Shown piece by piece: positions 51,811-60,806 of a stretch of DNA of 64,000 nucleotides. The position numbers and the translations under genes were made by a program. The DNA is taken from positions 1-64,000 of the IMG/VR virus record IMGVR_UViG_3300021426_000079; one strand, 5' to 3'. The notes under the pieces are model-generated. The model did not search any database. It was given only the letters and a program-made list of their open reading frames with translations, and had not been told where the DNA came from. The stretch's first letter is position 1; the number at the start of each line of letters is the position of its first letter. Source of the DNA: a virus. Taxonomy: Duplodnaviria > Caudoviricetes.

Positions 51811-51832
51811 CTAGGGAGATACCTCTCCCTAG
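51811..51832. promoter_or_regulatory. DGR target-recognition hairpin
   Basis: CTAGGGAGA-TACC-TCTCCCTAG just downstream of the VR. Confidence 0.7.
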
Positions 51833-51872
51833 GTGATGTGTAACTATAGATCAAGGGAATATATGAGCGCGT

Positions 51873-51987
51873 TCGTGGCAGTTTCCCTACGTTTTGCGAA
51901 TTGCAACAATGAGGCTAATGGAGGTGATTTTGCTCTTAATTGCAACAATGATGCAGGCAATGCTTGGTGGAACAATGGCTCGGCGGT
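51873..51987 (+). ncRNA. DGR template repeat (TR)
   Basis: AAC/AAT-rich copy of the VR upstream of the RT. Confidence 0.92.
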
Positions 51988-52160
51988 GGCTTTATCCATT
52001 ATGGAAGATTAACCAAATGCTCATATATTTCTACACTCTTGGAGTTGAAATACTCCTATATCCGCCATTATTGGTTAGGTGAGTGAACATTCTCGCTAAC
52101 ATCCAGAACGCAAAGCGGTCGCACCTACGCTCTGGTAGAGGATAAAATGAAATATTATCT

Positions 52161-53300
52161 ATGAATATAGTTAAGAAACAATATAAGTATCTCTACCGAC
52201 AAGTCACTGACGAAAAAGTTATTCGTGAAGCATATAAGAATATGCGAAAGTTTAAAACAAAACGGAGAGAGATACAAGAGATTGACCAGAATCTAGACGC
52301 TTGGGTTATACACATGAAGACGATGCTTGAAAATACCAAACCAGACGGTATTGCAGAGCATCCAGAATTAGCGTTCAAGCCTCCGAAACATGAGCCAAAA
52401 ATCGTTGAAGAATTTGGAAAACGTAGAGAAATATATGTTCCGAGCATTGAAGAGCAATGGGTTCACCACATTATTATTTTGGTATTAAAGCCTATACTGC
52501 TTGCCAGATTTCACGAACACAGCTTCGGGAGCATACCAGATCGAGGCATACACAAAGGCAAACGGCAGATAGAAAGATGGATTCAAAAGAAACATCCAAA
52601 GTTCTTTTTCAAAGGCGATATCCGTCATTTCTATGCAAGTATACAAGTCGGTCTTCTGATTCAGAAACTAGAGGAATTTATCAAGGATGATTGGTTCATT
52701 TATTTGATAAAAGTATGCTTTACATATTTTAACAAAGGTCTTCCGCTTGGCTATTACATTTCGCAATGGTTTGGAAATTTATTTCTGGAAGATTTGGACA
52801 GACTTATATATTCGGAAGGATTTGAACACATAAGATATGTTGATGATATTGGCATAATATCAAACAATAAACGCAAGCTATACCGTCTGGTAGATAAAAT
52901 AAAAGTCATGCTAGGACATCTGCGGTTGAAATTAAAGAATAATTGGCAGATATTCCGTATCAGAAAACATCCTATTGATTTTCTTGGATTTACATTTTAT
53001 GAAAACCGTACAGTTATCAGAGGAAGAATTGTAAGAAATATATTGCGATGCGTACACAAAATTAAAAGGTGTAAAGAAGAGCATCGGCATATCTGGATAA
53101 AACTTGCCAGAACACTATTATCATACATGGGATGGATAACACATTCTGATACATACGAATTTTATTTACGGAACATTAAAACTTATGTACGTATTAGTAC
53201 ATTAAAGCGCATAGTCTCAAAGAGAGACAGAGAGGAGCATAAACGTGACAGCATGGAGAAAAACAGAGTCTTTGGACAAACCGCAATCGCTTGCGCTTGA
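52161..53300 (+). CDS. DGR reverse transcriptase
   Basis: KGDIRHFYASI, GLPLGYYISQWFGN (SQ motif), RYVDD, DFLGF. Confidence 0.93.
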   Translation: MNIVKKQYKYLYRQVTDEKVIREAYKNMRKFKTKRREIQEIDQNLDAWVIHMKTMLENTKPDGIAEHPELAFKPPKHEPKIVEEFGKRREIYVPSIEEQWVHHIIILVLKPILLARFHEHSFGSIPDRGIHKGKRQIERWIQKKHPKFFFKGDIRHFYASIQVGLLIQKLEEFIKDDWFIYLIKVCFTYFNKGLPLGYYISQWFGNLFLEDLDRLIYSEGFEHIRYVDDIGIISNNKRKLYRLVDKIKVMLGHLRLKLKNNWQIFRIRKHPIDFLGFTFYENRTVIRGRIVRNILRCVHKIKRCKEEHRHIWIKLARTLLSYMGWITHSDTYEFYLRNIKTYVRISTLKRIVSKRDREEHKRDSMEKNRVFGQTAIACA

Positions 53301-53472
53301 CGGAGAAAACTATATGCAGACACGGAATGTTAAAGTAATTCCAGAATCAAAAAATGATGCCGGAGAAACTATTGCTGAACATTATGAGTATGATATTCGG
53401 TGGATGACTATTTCGGAATATGAGATGCTATCCGCAATGCAGAATATCTATTCTGGAAATACGGAAGTATGA
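53245..53472 (+). CDS. small phage tail-region protein
   Basis: W..TES..KP...YEYD...T..EY pattern. Confidence 0.6.
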   Translation: MTAWRKTESLDKPQSLALDGENYMQTRNVKVIPESKNDAGETIAEHYEYDIRWMTISEYEMLSAMQNIYSGNTEV

Positions 53473-53591
53473 GCGAAGCAGAACGCAATTGGATTTACAA
53501 CCGCATCCTATATCTGATATCAGAAATTATCAAAAATTCATCAGACGGAAGGGCTGTTGAAATCAGAGAATTGTTGAGAACGATTAATTAA
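53469..53591 (+). CDS. small hypothetical protein (40 aa)
   Basis: ATGA overlap with the previous stop. Confidence 0.45.
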   Translation: MSEAERNWIYNRILYLISEIIKNSSDGRAVEIRELLRTIN

Positions 53592-53731
53592 GAGCGATTT
53601 ACTAAAACGTTATTAGTTTACATAATTCATTAAAACTCCTTCGGAACATATAAATTTATGTTTGCTTTTATTCCTGTTTTGTGATAATATAAAAGCACAG
53701 ATAAATGTATGTTTGTACTCGGAGGAGTTTT

Positions 53732-54739
53732 GTGAATTCAGATAACATTGTTGATAACGTTGTACTAAAGTGTTCGGCGCGGCTCTCTCAGCCAGACTTG
53801 CAGTTCGTCAAGAACATGCTTGTCGGAGAACTGAGTAAATATAAAATTACCATTGAAGAGACTTCTATAATTCCGTATGACGGAAAGTATCAGCGCATGG
53901 TTGACTTGTATGTTGCGTCGCGGTACATGGAAGGGCTTGCAAAGAAAACGTGCAATCTTTATCGGTTGCGGCTCACAGACTTCGTGAATCACTTAACCAA
54001 GCCGCTTGAAGATTATAAGCCGATGGACATATCAGAGTATTTGGCTAACTTTTCGACGACGCATCCTGTGAGCAAAAGTACGCTGAATGGTGTGCGTGGA
54101 ATTATCTGCACATTCTTCCACTGGTTAAGTGCGAAGGATTACATTGATAAAGACCCCGCGCGTGCCATCACTCCAATCAAATATAAACGCGCTCGGCGCA
54201 AGCCGCTGACTGACGACGAATTAGTTCAGCTTAAAACTGGCTGTCGAGATACGCGCGACAATTTGATTATATCTATGCTGTATGAGACCGGATGTCGAGT
54301 TGGAGAAATCTGCGGCGTAAAAATCAGCGATATTGATTTGGAGCGCAAAACAATGGTGGTCACTGGCAAAGGCGACAAGACGCGGCGAGTGTACTTTCAA
54401 GCTGAAACTGGCTACTGGATTAAGAAGTATTTGCAAGAGCGCGGCGACGACTGTAGTGAGTATTTGTTAATAAAGCAAGGTAAGAACAAAATTAAGAACG
54501 CGCCGCTTACCACGGTTACCATTAACCAAGTTGTAAAGGATATTAAGACTAACGCGAATTTGAAAGCAAAATGTACGCCTCATGTATTGCGGCACACTTA
54601 CGCGACAGACCTATTGAAACATGGCGCGGATGTTACGAATATCCAGAAGTTACTTGGTCATGCTAATATCGTAACTACAATGATATATGCTGATGTCGAT
54701 ATGAGCAATGTTGAAGCTGACTATCGCAAGCATATTTGA
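53732..54739 (+). CDS. XerD-like tyrosine recombinase
   Basis: ETGCRVGE, GKGDKTR, HVLRHTYAT, LLGHANIVTTMIY; GTG start after GGAGGAG. Confidence 0.9.
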   Translation: MNSDNIVDNVVLKCSARLSQPDLQFVKNMLVGELSKYKITIEETSIIPYDGKYQRMVDLYVASRYMEGLAKKTCNLYRLRLTDFVNHLTKPLEDYKPMDISEYLANFSTTHPVSKSTLNGVRGIICTFFHWLSAKDYIDKDPARAITPIKYKRARRKPLTDDELVQLKTGCRDTRDNLIISMLYETGCRVGEICGVKISDIDLERKTMVVTGKGDKTRRVYFQAETGYWIKKYLQERGDDCSEYLLIKQGKNKIKNAPLTTVTINQVVKDIKTNANLKAKCTPHVLRHTYATDLLKHGADVTNIQKLLGHANIVTTMIYADVDMSNVEADYRKHI

Positions 54740-54869
54740 AACAATATAAACCTATCTTTTGAGGGCGCGCAACAGCGTCCTCTTTTTAATTGATAAGGAG
54801 AACGCTATGAAAATAATTGAAAAGATTCGGTGTGTCATTTGACGCACTTGCGACACCTCCTTGTGAAAG

Positions 54870-55358
54870 GTGGATAAAATGGATGCACATTTATTGACAC
54901 TAATCGGCGTTGTATTTGCGTCAACTGGGTTTTGGGCGTTTATCACTTCACGGTTGGCGCGGCACGATCAAACTCATGACACAATGAAGGAAGTTAAAGA
55001 AACGCTCGACAAGGTACAGACCGAAATTAAAGATGTAAAGCAAGATGTAAAACAACTTAGCGCAGATGTTGACAAGAAGATTCAAGACCTGCGCGACGAA
55101 ACAAAAGCAGACCGCGAAGAACATGACGCGAAAACGGCGCGCACACGCATATTAGGATTCTTTGACGAGGTGCGCGTTGACCCTACGTGCCATTGTTTCG
55201 ACCATTACAGAAATATTATTGAAGGCGATATCAAAGTATATAACGACTACTGCAAACTGCATCCATCATTTGAAAATGGGTACACACTGACAGCAAGCCA
55301 ATTCATCATTGATAAATTTAACGAACTTGTATCAACAGGAGGTTTTGACAATGAGTGA
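54870..55358 (+). CDS. holin-like membrane protein
   Basis: N-terminal TM (VFASTGFWAFI), coiled coil, R.RIL.F.DE. Confidence 0.6.
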   Translation: MDKMDAHLLTLIGVVFASTGFWAFITSRLARHDQTHDTMKEVKETLDKVQTEIKDVKQDVKQLSADVDKKIQDLRDETKADREEHDAKTARTRILGFFDEVRVDPTCHCFDHYRNIIEGDIKVYNDYCKLHPSFENGYTLTASQFIIDKFNELVSTGGFDNE

Positions 55359-55656
55359 TTTTCAACGTAAATTATCTAGCCGCAAATTCTGGCTTTGTGT
55401 TGCGGCGTTTCTCGGCTCTGTAAGCACTTCTATCGCAGGTTATCAGACTGGCAACGAAACTCTGGCGGCAGTCGGCATGGTATGCGCCACAATCTCGGCG
55501 GCAATTTATGCGGCGGTTGAGGCGTATGTTGACGGCAAGTATGCAGAGCGCAATGTCGAGGATGACAAACCTACACCTGTGGCAACTACTGCTGAACATC
55601 TTGGCGTAAATACATTCGGCGACAAAGTAGAAATCGGCGAGGAAATCAAACAGTAA
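55351..55656 (+). CDS. holin
   Basis: RKLSSRKFW plus two TM helices and EAYVD. Confidence 0.75.
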   Translation: MSDFQRKLSSRKFWLCVAAFLGSVSTSIAGYQTGNETLAAVGMVCATISAAIYAAVEAYVDGKYAERNVEDDKPTPVATTAEHLGVNTFGDKVEIGEEIKQ

Positions 55657-55734
55657 CAATAGGTTGTTATATTTATCACGGAGAGCGGCGCGCAACTGCT
55701 CTCCTATTTTTATGTATAGGGAGTAACTAATTCA

Positions 55735-55971
55735 ATGGAATACACAGAAGAGAATATCAAGAAATGGCTTGCGGCAGTCAGCGACTATCAGCATGACGCG
55801 AATATCATTATCGAGGAACTGAAACTTGCACAGCACATCATTGAGGAATCATTGCGTATCTGCGCGGAGGCGAAAGAGAATCCCACGCGCGAAGTCATAG
55901 AGAAATCAAACAAGGTTCTTGAAGGGCTGAACGACGATCTATGCAATTTGAAACACATTGACATTGATTGA
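55735..55971 (+). CDS. hypothetical protein
   Basis: RBS; ORF. Confidence 0.65.
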   Translation: MEYTEENIKKWLAAVSDYQHDANIIIEELKLAQHIIEESLRICAEAKENPTREVIEKSNKVLEGLNDDLCNLKHIDID

Positions 55972-55985
55972 GTAATTAAGAAAGG

Positions 55986-57359
55986 ATGGTACAAATGAAG
56001 AAACTGATTAAACGTATCGCAGTGGCGTTGCTTGCATTTACAATGCTAGTGCCGACTACTGTGTACGCGGACGCTTTCGGAATTGATGTATCTGCTTGGC
56101 AGTCTAACATTCAGATTGAGAATATGTCTGCTGATACTCGTTTCGTAATCGTCAAGGCGACGGAAGGTACGAACTACGTTTCTGGCTCGTTTACCAAACA
56201 GTCGAACGCGACTTTGGCAAGTGGGCGTAAACTGGGTATCTACCATTTCGCAAACGGCGTATCAAGTGCAGAAGCAGAGGCACAGCATTTCGTGCAGACA
56301 ATTCAGCCGTATGTTGGTAAAGCGATGCTCGTCCTCGATTGGGAAGACCGTCGGGCATTTGCGCGCGGAACATCTTACGCGAAAACTTGGTGCGATACAG
56401 TCTATCGTCTGACTGGCGTAAAGCCTGTGATTTATACAACGGCAAGCGTGACGCGAAGCTATGACTGGTCGGCAGTCGCCAACGCGGGTTACAAGCTGTG
56501 GGAAGCAGGATATCCGTATGTATCTACTTGGTATGGATATAAGAATCTTGGTCAGCCGCCTTACACTGTGTATTACTTCGGCGCGCCTTTGATGTGGCAG
56601 TATTCGTCCACTACAATCATCAGCGGCTATGGCAGTCGGCTTGATGTCAACCTGTGGTATGGAGATATTGCGAATTGGGACAATTACACGAAGTCCACGA
56701 ACAGCGCGGCTTCAACGGAGCAACCTGCTAATCCTGCTAAGATTCCGATTCAGGACGCGAACATCGACAAGTCTTCTGTGCTGACTCTTGTAGTTGGTGT
56801 GGCGAAGGGGACATATGGTTCGGGGCAAGTGCGTAAGGCTCTGCTCGGCGACAGGTACAATGAGGTCACTGCGTTTGTAAATCACATTTACTATGCTGAT
56901 ACCAACACGCTTGTCAATGAAACTCTGGCAGGTAAGTATGGTTCTGGTGAAACGCGCAAGACTGTCCTCGGAATGGCGAATAGATATAACGCTGTGCAGT
57001 CTGCGATTAATGCGCGCTTGAACACGACTACAACTGCGGCGAAGAAATCTGTGCATGAAGTCGCACTTGAAATCGTGCGCGGTACTGGCGGTTGGGGCAA
57101 CGGCTCGACCAGAGTAGCAAAGCTGAAAGCGGCGGGATATGACGCGACTGCTGTTCAGAATGAAGTTAATGCAATTCTGTCTGGTAAATCTAATACGACT
57201 GCAAAGACTACTGCACTCACCTACTATCGCATACAAGCAGGTGACTCTTTAAGCAAGATTGCGGCGCGTTATGGCACGACAGTTTCTCGCCTTGCGAGTG
57301 TGAATGGAATTACAAATGTAAATCTTATTCGCGCAGGACAGACAATTCGTATTGCGTAA
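55986..57359 (+). CDS. endolysin: signal peptide + GH25 lysozyme + CW_7 repeats + LysM
   Basis: GIDVSAWQ, KATEG, GIYHF, LDWE, WQYSS; G.YGSG..RK repeats; GDSLSKIA...NLIRAGQ. Confidence 0.9.
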   Translation: MVQMKKLIKRIAVALLAFTMLVPTTVYADAFGIDVSAWQSNIQIENMSADTRFVIVKATEGTNYVSGSFTKQSNATLASGRKLGIYHFANGVSSAEAEAQHFVQTIQPYVGKAMLVLDWEDRRAFARGTSYAKTWCDTVYRLTGVKPVIYTTASVTRSYDWSAVANAGYKLWEAGYPYVSTWYGYKNLGQPPYTVYYFGAPLMWQYSSTTIISGYGSRLDVNLWYGDIANWDNYTKSTNSAASTEQPANPAKIPIQDANIDKSSVLTLVVGVAKGTYGSGQVRKALLGDRYNEVTAFVNHIYYADTNTLVNETLAGKYGSGETRKTVLGMANRYNAVQSAINARLNTTTTAAKKSVHEVALEIVRGTGGWGNGSTRVAKLKAAGYDATAVQNEVNAILSGKSNTTAKTTALTYYRIQAGDSLSKIAARYGTTVSRLASVNGITNVNLIRAGQTIRIA

Positions 57360-57365
57360 ATTTTT

Positions 57366-57395
57366 AGGGGTTAGCTTCGGCTGACTCCTTTTTTT
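57366..57395 (+). terminator. intrinsic terminator
   Basis: GGGGTTAGC-TTCG-GCTGACTCC plus T-tract. Confidence 0.8.
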
Positions 57396-57446
57396 GATCT
57401 TGAAGAAACGTTGATTTTGGCTGAGTAAAACATTAAAGAAATGTAG

Positions 57447-57577
57447 AAGCGGACATTCGACGCACTTTTTGGCACGAAAAAGCGGACATTCATTACACTT
57501 TTTAGGACGAAAAATCTGCAAGTTTTACACTTTTTATGTGGTAAAAATCTGCAACTTTACAGCTTTTTAATGTGTAG
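57447..57577. repeat. four imperfect tandem units of about 32 bp
   Basis: AAGCGGACATTC x2, AAAAATCTGCAA x2, CACTTTTT x3. Confidence 0.65.
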
Positions 57578-57765
57578 AAATTTTGCGTGTAATCCGCATT
57601 TTCTTTGTGGAACTTGCACAAATTAGGCGAGATGGGATTTTGCGCGTCGCCTAAAATGGAATGTGCGCAAGCCCTCCTTTGTTAAAGTTTTGTCATGATT
57701 GACAGCTTGATTACTTTTGGTATTTTGGCACTCCAAGAATCCTTATATTTCAAGCCATTTCTCGA

Positions 57766-57786
57766 AGCGCGAGACGGGATTCGAAC
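57766..57786 (-). other. attP core: 3' half of tRNA-Gly
   Basis: GTTCGAATCCCGTCTCGCGCT (T-arm plus acceptor strand) just downstream of the integrase; no 5' half of a tRNA present. Confidence 0.75.
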
Positions 57787-57854
57787 GTAAGCAGACATAT
57801 CACTTTTTGGCTTATTTACGCCATTTGTGGCACTTTCCGTTTGATTGATTTGGT

Positions 57855-59039
57855 TTATTTTGTGATTGCCAAGTCGTCAATTTCGTTCAGAATCTCCTGC
57901 TTTGCGTCGATGTTTCTGCGGTTTCTGTGGTAGTGTCGTTCGGTTGTGCCGATGCTTGCGTGACCCATCTGGTCGAGAATCAAGCGGTTGTCGATACCAT
58001 TATCAAGAAGTATCGTGCCGTAGGTCTTGCGAATTTTGTGCGGCGATTTAGGGTAGATGTGCAGTTTGTCACATATCTTGTAGAGCCTTTTGCGAATTGC
58101 TTCGGTATGCATACGCTTGCCGTTTGATATGATAAGGTATTCACCAAAAGGGTTGTTTTCTACAAGTTTTCGGAGAATCCAACAATCCTCTGATGGCACT
58201 ACAACTGTGCGCACACCCGCCTGTGTTTTCGGAAAGTCCTTGACTTCATAGTGGAACTTGCCATCTTCGCCTTTATATCGCGTCTCGGTGCGCCGAATGT
58301 TGACCGCGCGATAATCCTCAATGTCTTGCCGTTTCAGCGCGACTAACTCTCCTACTCTGATGCCTGTCGCAAACAACAATAGTATTGCCAGATTGCGAAT
58401 GTCTTGATTACTTATGAGGTATTTGGTAATCAACTGCTGTTCGCGTTCGCTGAATACTTCCTCCTCGTCCTCTTTGATTGAGTGCTTGAATTCGCGCTCG
58501 GAAACATCAAGGTCATGGAACACATCTTCGGCGGTGTACTTCGTGTACTTGTGGCGTTTCGATGTAAGCAGGATTCCTTTAACTAGCGATTTCAGCGCGC
58601 TAAACCCTTTGGCTGTCAGATTGTATTTTGGTATCTGCCCTTCCAGAAAGTTCAGAAAATCCTCTGGTGACAGGTCGTCAATTCGGTTCTTGCCGAACTT
58701 CTTGAAATGCCGATTGTACGTGCTGATATTCTTGGTATGCGTTGACTTTGAAATACGCTTGAGTTCAAGCCGCCTGTCGTTCCACTCGTTGAACAATTCG
58801 TCTATAGTAGGATTATTGATGTGCGACTTTTCAAACTCGACAACTACATCCTCAATCTCTTCCTTGGTATTGCGCCGTACCTGCTTGCGCCCTCCATCAT
58901 CGCGCGGAAGATATGTGTACCACTTCCCATTTGCTCCTTGCCAAATCTTAAATTTGTGTTGCGCAAGTAACTCTTCTCTTTGTTTCATGTGTATTATATC
59001 TTGCACACATTCCGATTGTATTATATCATATGTGTTCAT
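57855..59039 (-). CDS. int: phage integrase (tyrosine recombinase)
   Basis: TGIRVGE, PKTQAGVR, HKIRKTYGT, QMGH...HY; adjacent to att. Confidence 0.9.
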   Translation of the reverse strand: MNTYDIIQSECVQDIIHMKQREELLAQHKFKIWQGANGKWYTYLPRDDGGRKQVRRNTKEEIEDVVVEFEKSHINNPTIDELFNEWNDRRLELKRISKSTHTKNISTYNRHFKKFGKNRIDDLSPEDFLNFLEGQIPKYNLTAKGFSALKSLVKGILLTSKRHKYTKYTAEDVFHDLDVSEREFKHSIKEDEEEVFSEREQQLITKYLISNQDIRNLAILLLFATGIRVGELVALKRQDIEDYRAVNIRRTETRYKGEDGKFHYEVKDFPKTQAGVRTVVVPSEDCWILRKLVENNPFGEYLIISNGKRMHTEAIRKRLYKICDKLHIYPKSPHKIRKTYGTILLDNGIDNRLILDQMGHASIGTTERHYHRNRRNIDAKQEILNEIDDLAITK

Positions 59040-59159
59040 CCACTTCAATTCACCTCCAATAAAAAGGAGGTACAAGACCTCCTAAATTTTCAATATGTTA
59101 TATGTCAAAATCTATCTGACCTGCGCACTCAATATATTTGTTAGCCGTTGGAATCCGCG

Positions 59160-59387
59160 CTAGAATAACGGTGTATTGTTATGCTCCGTGTAATGTTCGC
59201 GCCACTTGCCACACGCTTCATACTTCTTGCGCCAGTCTGTAGCTTCTGACGCTGAATCGCCGTACATTGCACACTTGAATACCTTCTGGCTATTTACCAT
59301 GCGTTCGCGGAAATAGCCGCAGGTCGCGCACGTTTTTTCTGGTGTGAATCCAAACTGCAAGTGCATATACTCTATCTTGCGTATCAT
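59160..59387 (-). CDS. Cys-rich hypothetical protein
   Basis: CATC...KC..YG.SAS.ATDW. Confidence 0.65.
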   Translation of the reverse strand: MIRKIEYMHLQFGFTPEKTCATCGYFRERMVNSQKVFKCAMYGDSASEATDWRKKYEACGKWREHYTEHNNTPLF

Positions 59388-59388
59388 C

Positions 59389-59829
59389 TTATCTTCCTGT
59401 TGAGCCAAAGCCGTTCGCGCCGCGCTCCGTATCTTCAAGTTTCTCAACCTGTCTGAAATTCGGCTTATAAATAGGAAGTAGTACAATCTGAATCAGCTTA
59501 TCTCCGCGCCAGAATTCATGCGGTTCGTCGCCATTGTTGTACAGCTTGACGACGATACTGCCATTGTACGATGCGTCGATCAGTCCTGTGCCTGTTATAT
59601 TATTTCTCACGTTCAATCCAGACTTCGACTTGAGAAAACCTGCGAATCCATGAGGGATTGCCATATGTACGCCAGTGTCAACAACGATACTGTCATGAGG
59701 TTTAAGAGTATAATTATCTGGTGTGCGAATGTCATAACCTGCGTCAGCTTCGTGCGCACATTCGGGCATATACGCGCCCTTGTCAAGCTGAATGTCAATG
59801 GTGTTTGGTGCGTCAATTTCAAAGTGCAT
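59389..59829 (-). CDS. dut: trimeric dUTPase
   Basis: AGYDI, KSGL, GLIDASY.G, Q, RGANGFGSTG. Confidence 0.93.
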   Translation of the reverse strand: MHFEIDAPNTIDIQLDKGAYMPECAHEADAGYDIRTPDNYTLKPHDSIVVDTGVHMAIPHGFAGFLKSKSGLNVRNNITGTGLIDASYNGSIVVKLYNNGDEPHEFWRGDKLIQIVLLPIYKPNFRQVEKLEDTERGANGFGSTGR

Positions 59830-59992
59830 TTCTCGCCTCCACAATTTTCAACGTATCAATCAGTTCCCAATGAATCGACATAATTTTATTCTTGTGATTA
59901 ACACAAACTCCGTTGGAATTGATACTACACGACTCCGCAGGAATCTTAATATTGCGTCCGCTTCTTAATGTAATCTGCATTAAATCTTTCAT
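59819..59992 (-). CDS. small hypothetical protein (57 aa)
   Basis: MKDLMQITLRSG...; fills the gap. Confidence 0.55.
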   Translation of the reverse strand: MKDLMQITLRSGRNIKIPAESCSINSNGVCVNHKNKIMSIHWELIDTLKIVEARNAL

Positions 59993-60016
59993 ATCAATCC
60001 CAACTCCTATCCTAAG

Positions 60017-60505
60017 TTAAATCCCAAGTTCGTCTGGTGTGTAGCTTACATTCAGTTCCATTCCCGCGTACATAGAGCCTTTCTTAAATGCAGGAAGTGC
60101 CATGGAATCGCCGCCAGTCTCGTCATCGTAATAAATCACAATGCTTTCATACTGCTGATTGTGCGATACGTTGAAGCAAGAATTCCCTTTGCAAATCTTC
60201 ATCACGCACTCGCGCCACGGACGGATGATTTCTTTAAGGTATCTCTTCTCAGCCTCGTCGAGCGGGTCAACCTTAATGTCGGCAAGCGCAGTCGGCTCTT
60301 TGTCGTCGAACTTGATACCTTCAAATACATCGGCAAGCGGAAGTTCGCACTCCCTTGAATTACCACTTGTGTACCACGATCCATTCAAGTTGTAAGGTTT
60401 TTCGCTGAACAGTTGCAGTGTACCGTTGAACTCGCGCGCAATATATTTGTACTTGCTGTCGATGTTCTGCGCAATTTTTACATCTCTTTTCGTGAACTTA
60501 CCCAT
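60017..60505 (-). CDS. hypothetical phage protein
   Basis: YIAR...L....P and MY.GMEL...YT.DELG patterns. Confidence 0.75.
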   Translation of the reverse strand: MGKFTKRDVKIAQNIDSKYKYIAREFNGTLQLFSEKPYNLNGSWYTSGNSRECELPLADVFEGIKFDDKEPTALADIKVDPLDEAEKRYLKEIIRPWRECVMKICKGNSCFNVSHNQQYESIVIYYDDETGGDSMALPAFKKGSMYAGMELNVSYTPDELGI

Positions 60506-60518
60506 TGTTTATTCCTCC

Positions 60519-60716
60519 CTAATCTGTCATGTGTGCGCCGCAATAAGGGCAATAGTTATAATCCATTTCGTTGTCACGTACCATATTCGGAAGCGATACT
60601 TGTGCGCCGCAAGCTGAACACATAAATGTATCTGTCCACCTTCGCGCTTCATCGCTAAATGCGTACTCGCCATATACTGGATACCAACGACCTGCTTTAT
60701 TACTATTAGTCTCCAT
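60519..60716 (-). CDS. zinc-ribbon protein
   Basis: CSACG...YCPYCGA.M. Confidence 0.75.
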   Translation of the reverse strand: METNSNKAGRWYPVYGEYAFSDEARRWTDTFMCSACGAQVSLPNMVRDNEMDYNYCPYCGAHMTD

Positions 60717-60806
60717 TGCTTTGCTCCTTAAATAAATTATGTTTGGCTTATACATAACATTATACACTATGTCATACATAAGTCAAGCATAAATTTATAA
60801 ATATAT

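Noticed and set aside
52161-53300. RT as a group II intron, retron or Abi RT
   Set aside because: The SQ motif, size, lack of maturase or effector domains, and the adjacent TR/VR pair with adenine-specific differences identify a DGR.
57766-57786. Functional tRNA gene
   Set aside because: Only the T-arm and 3' acceptor strand are present, which fits an att core.
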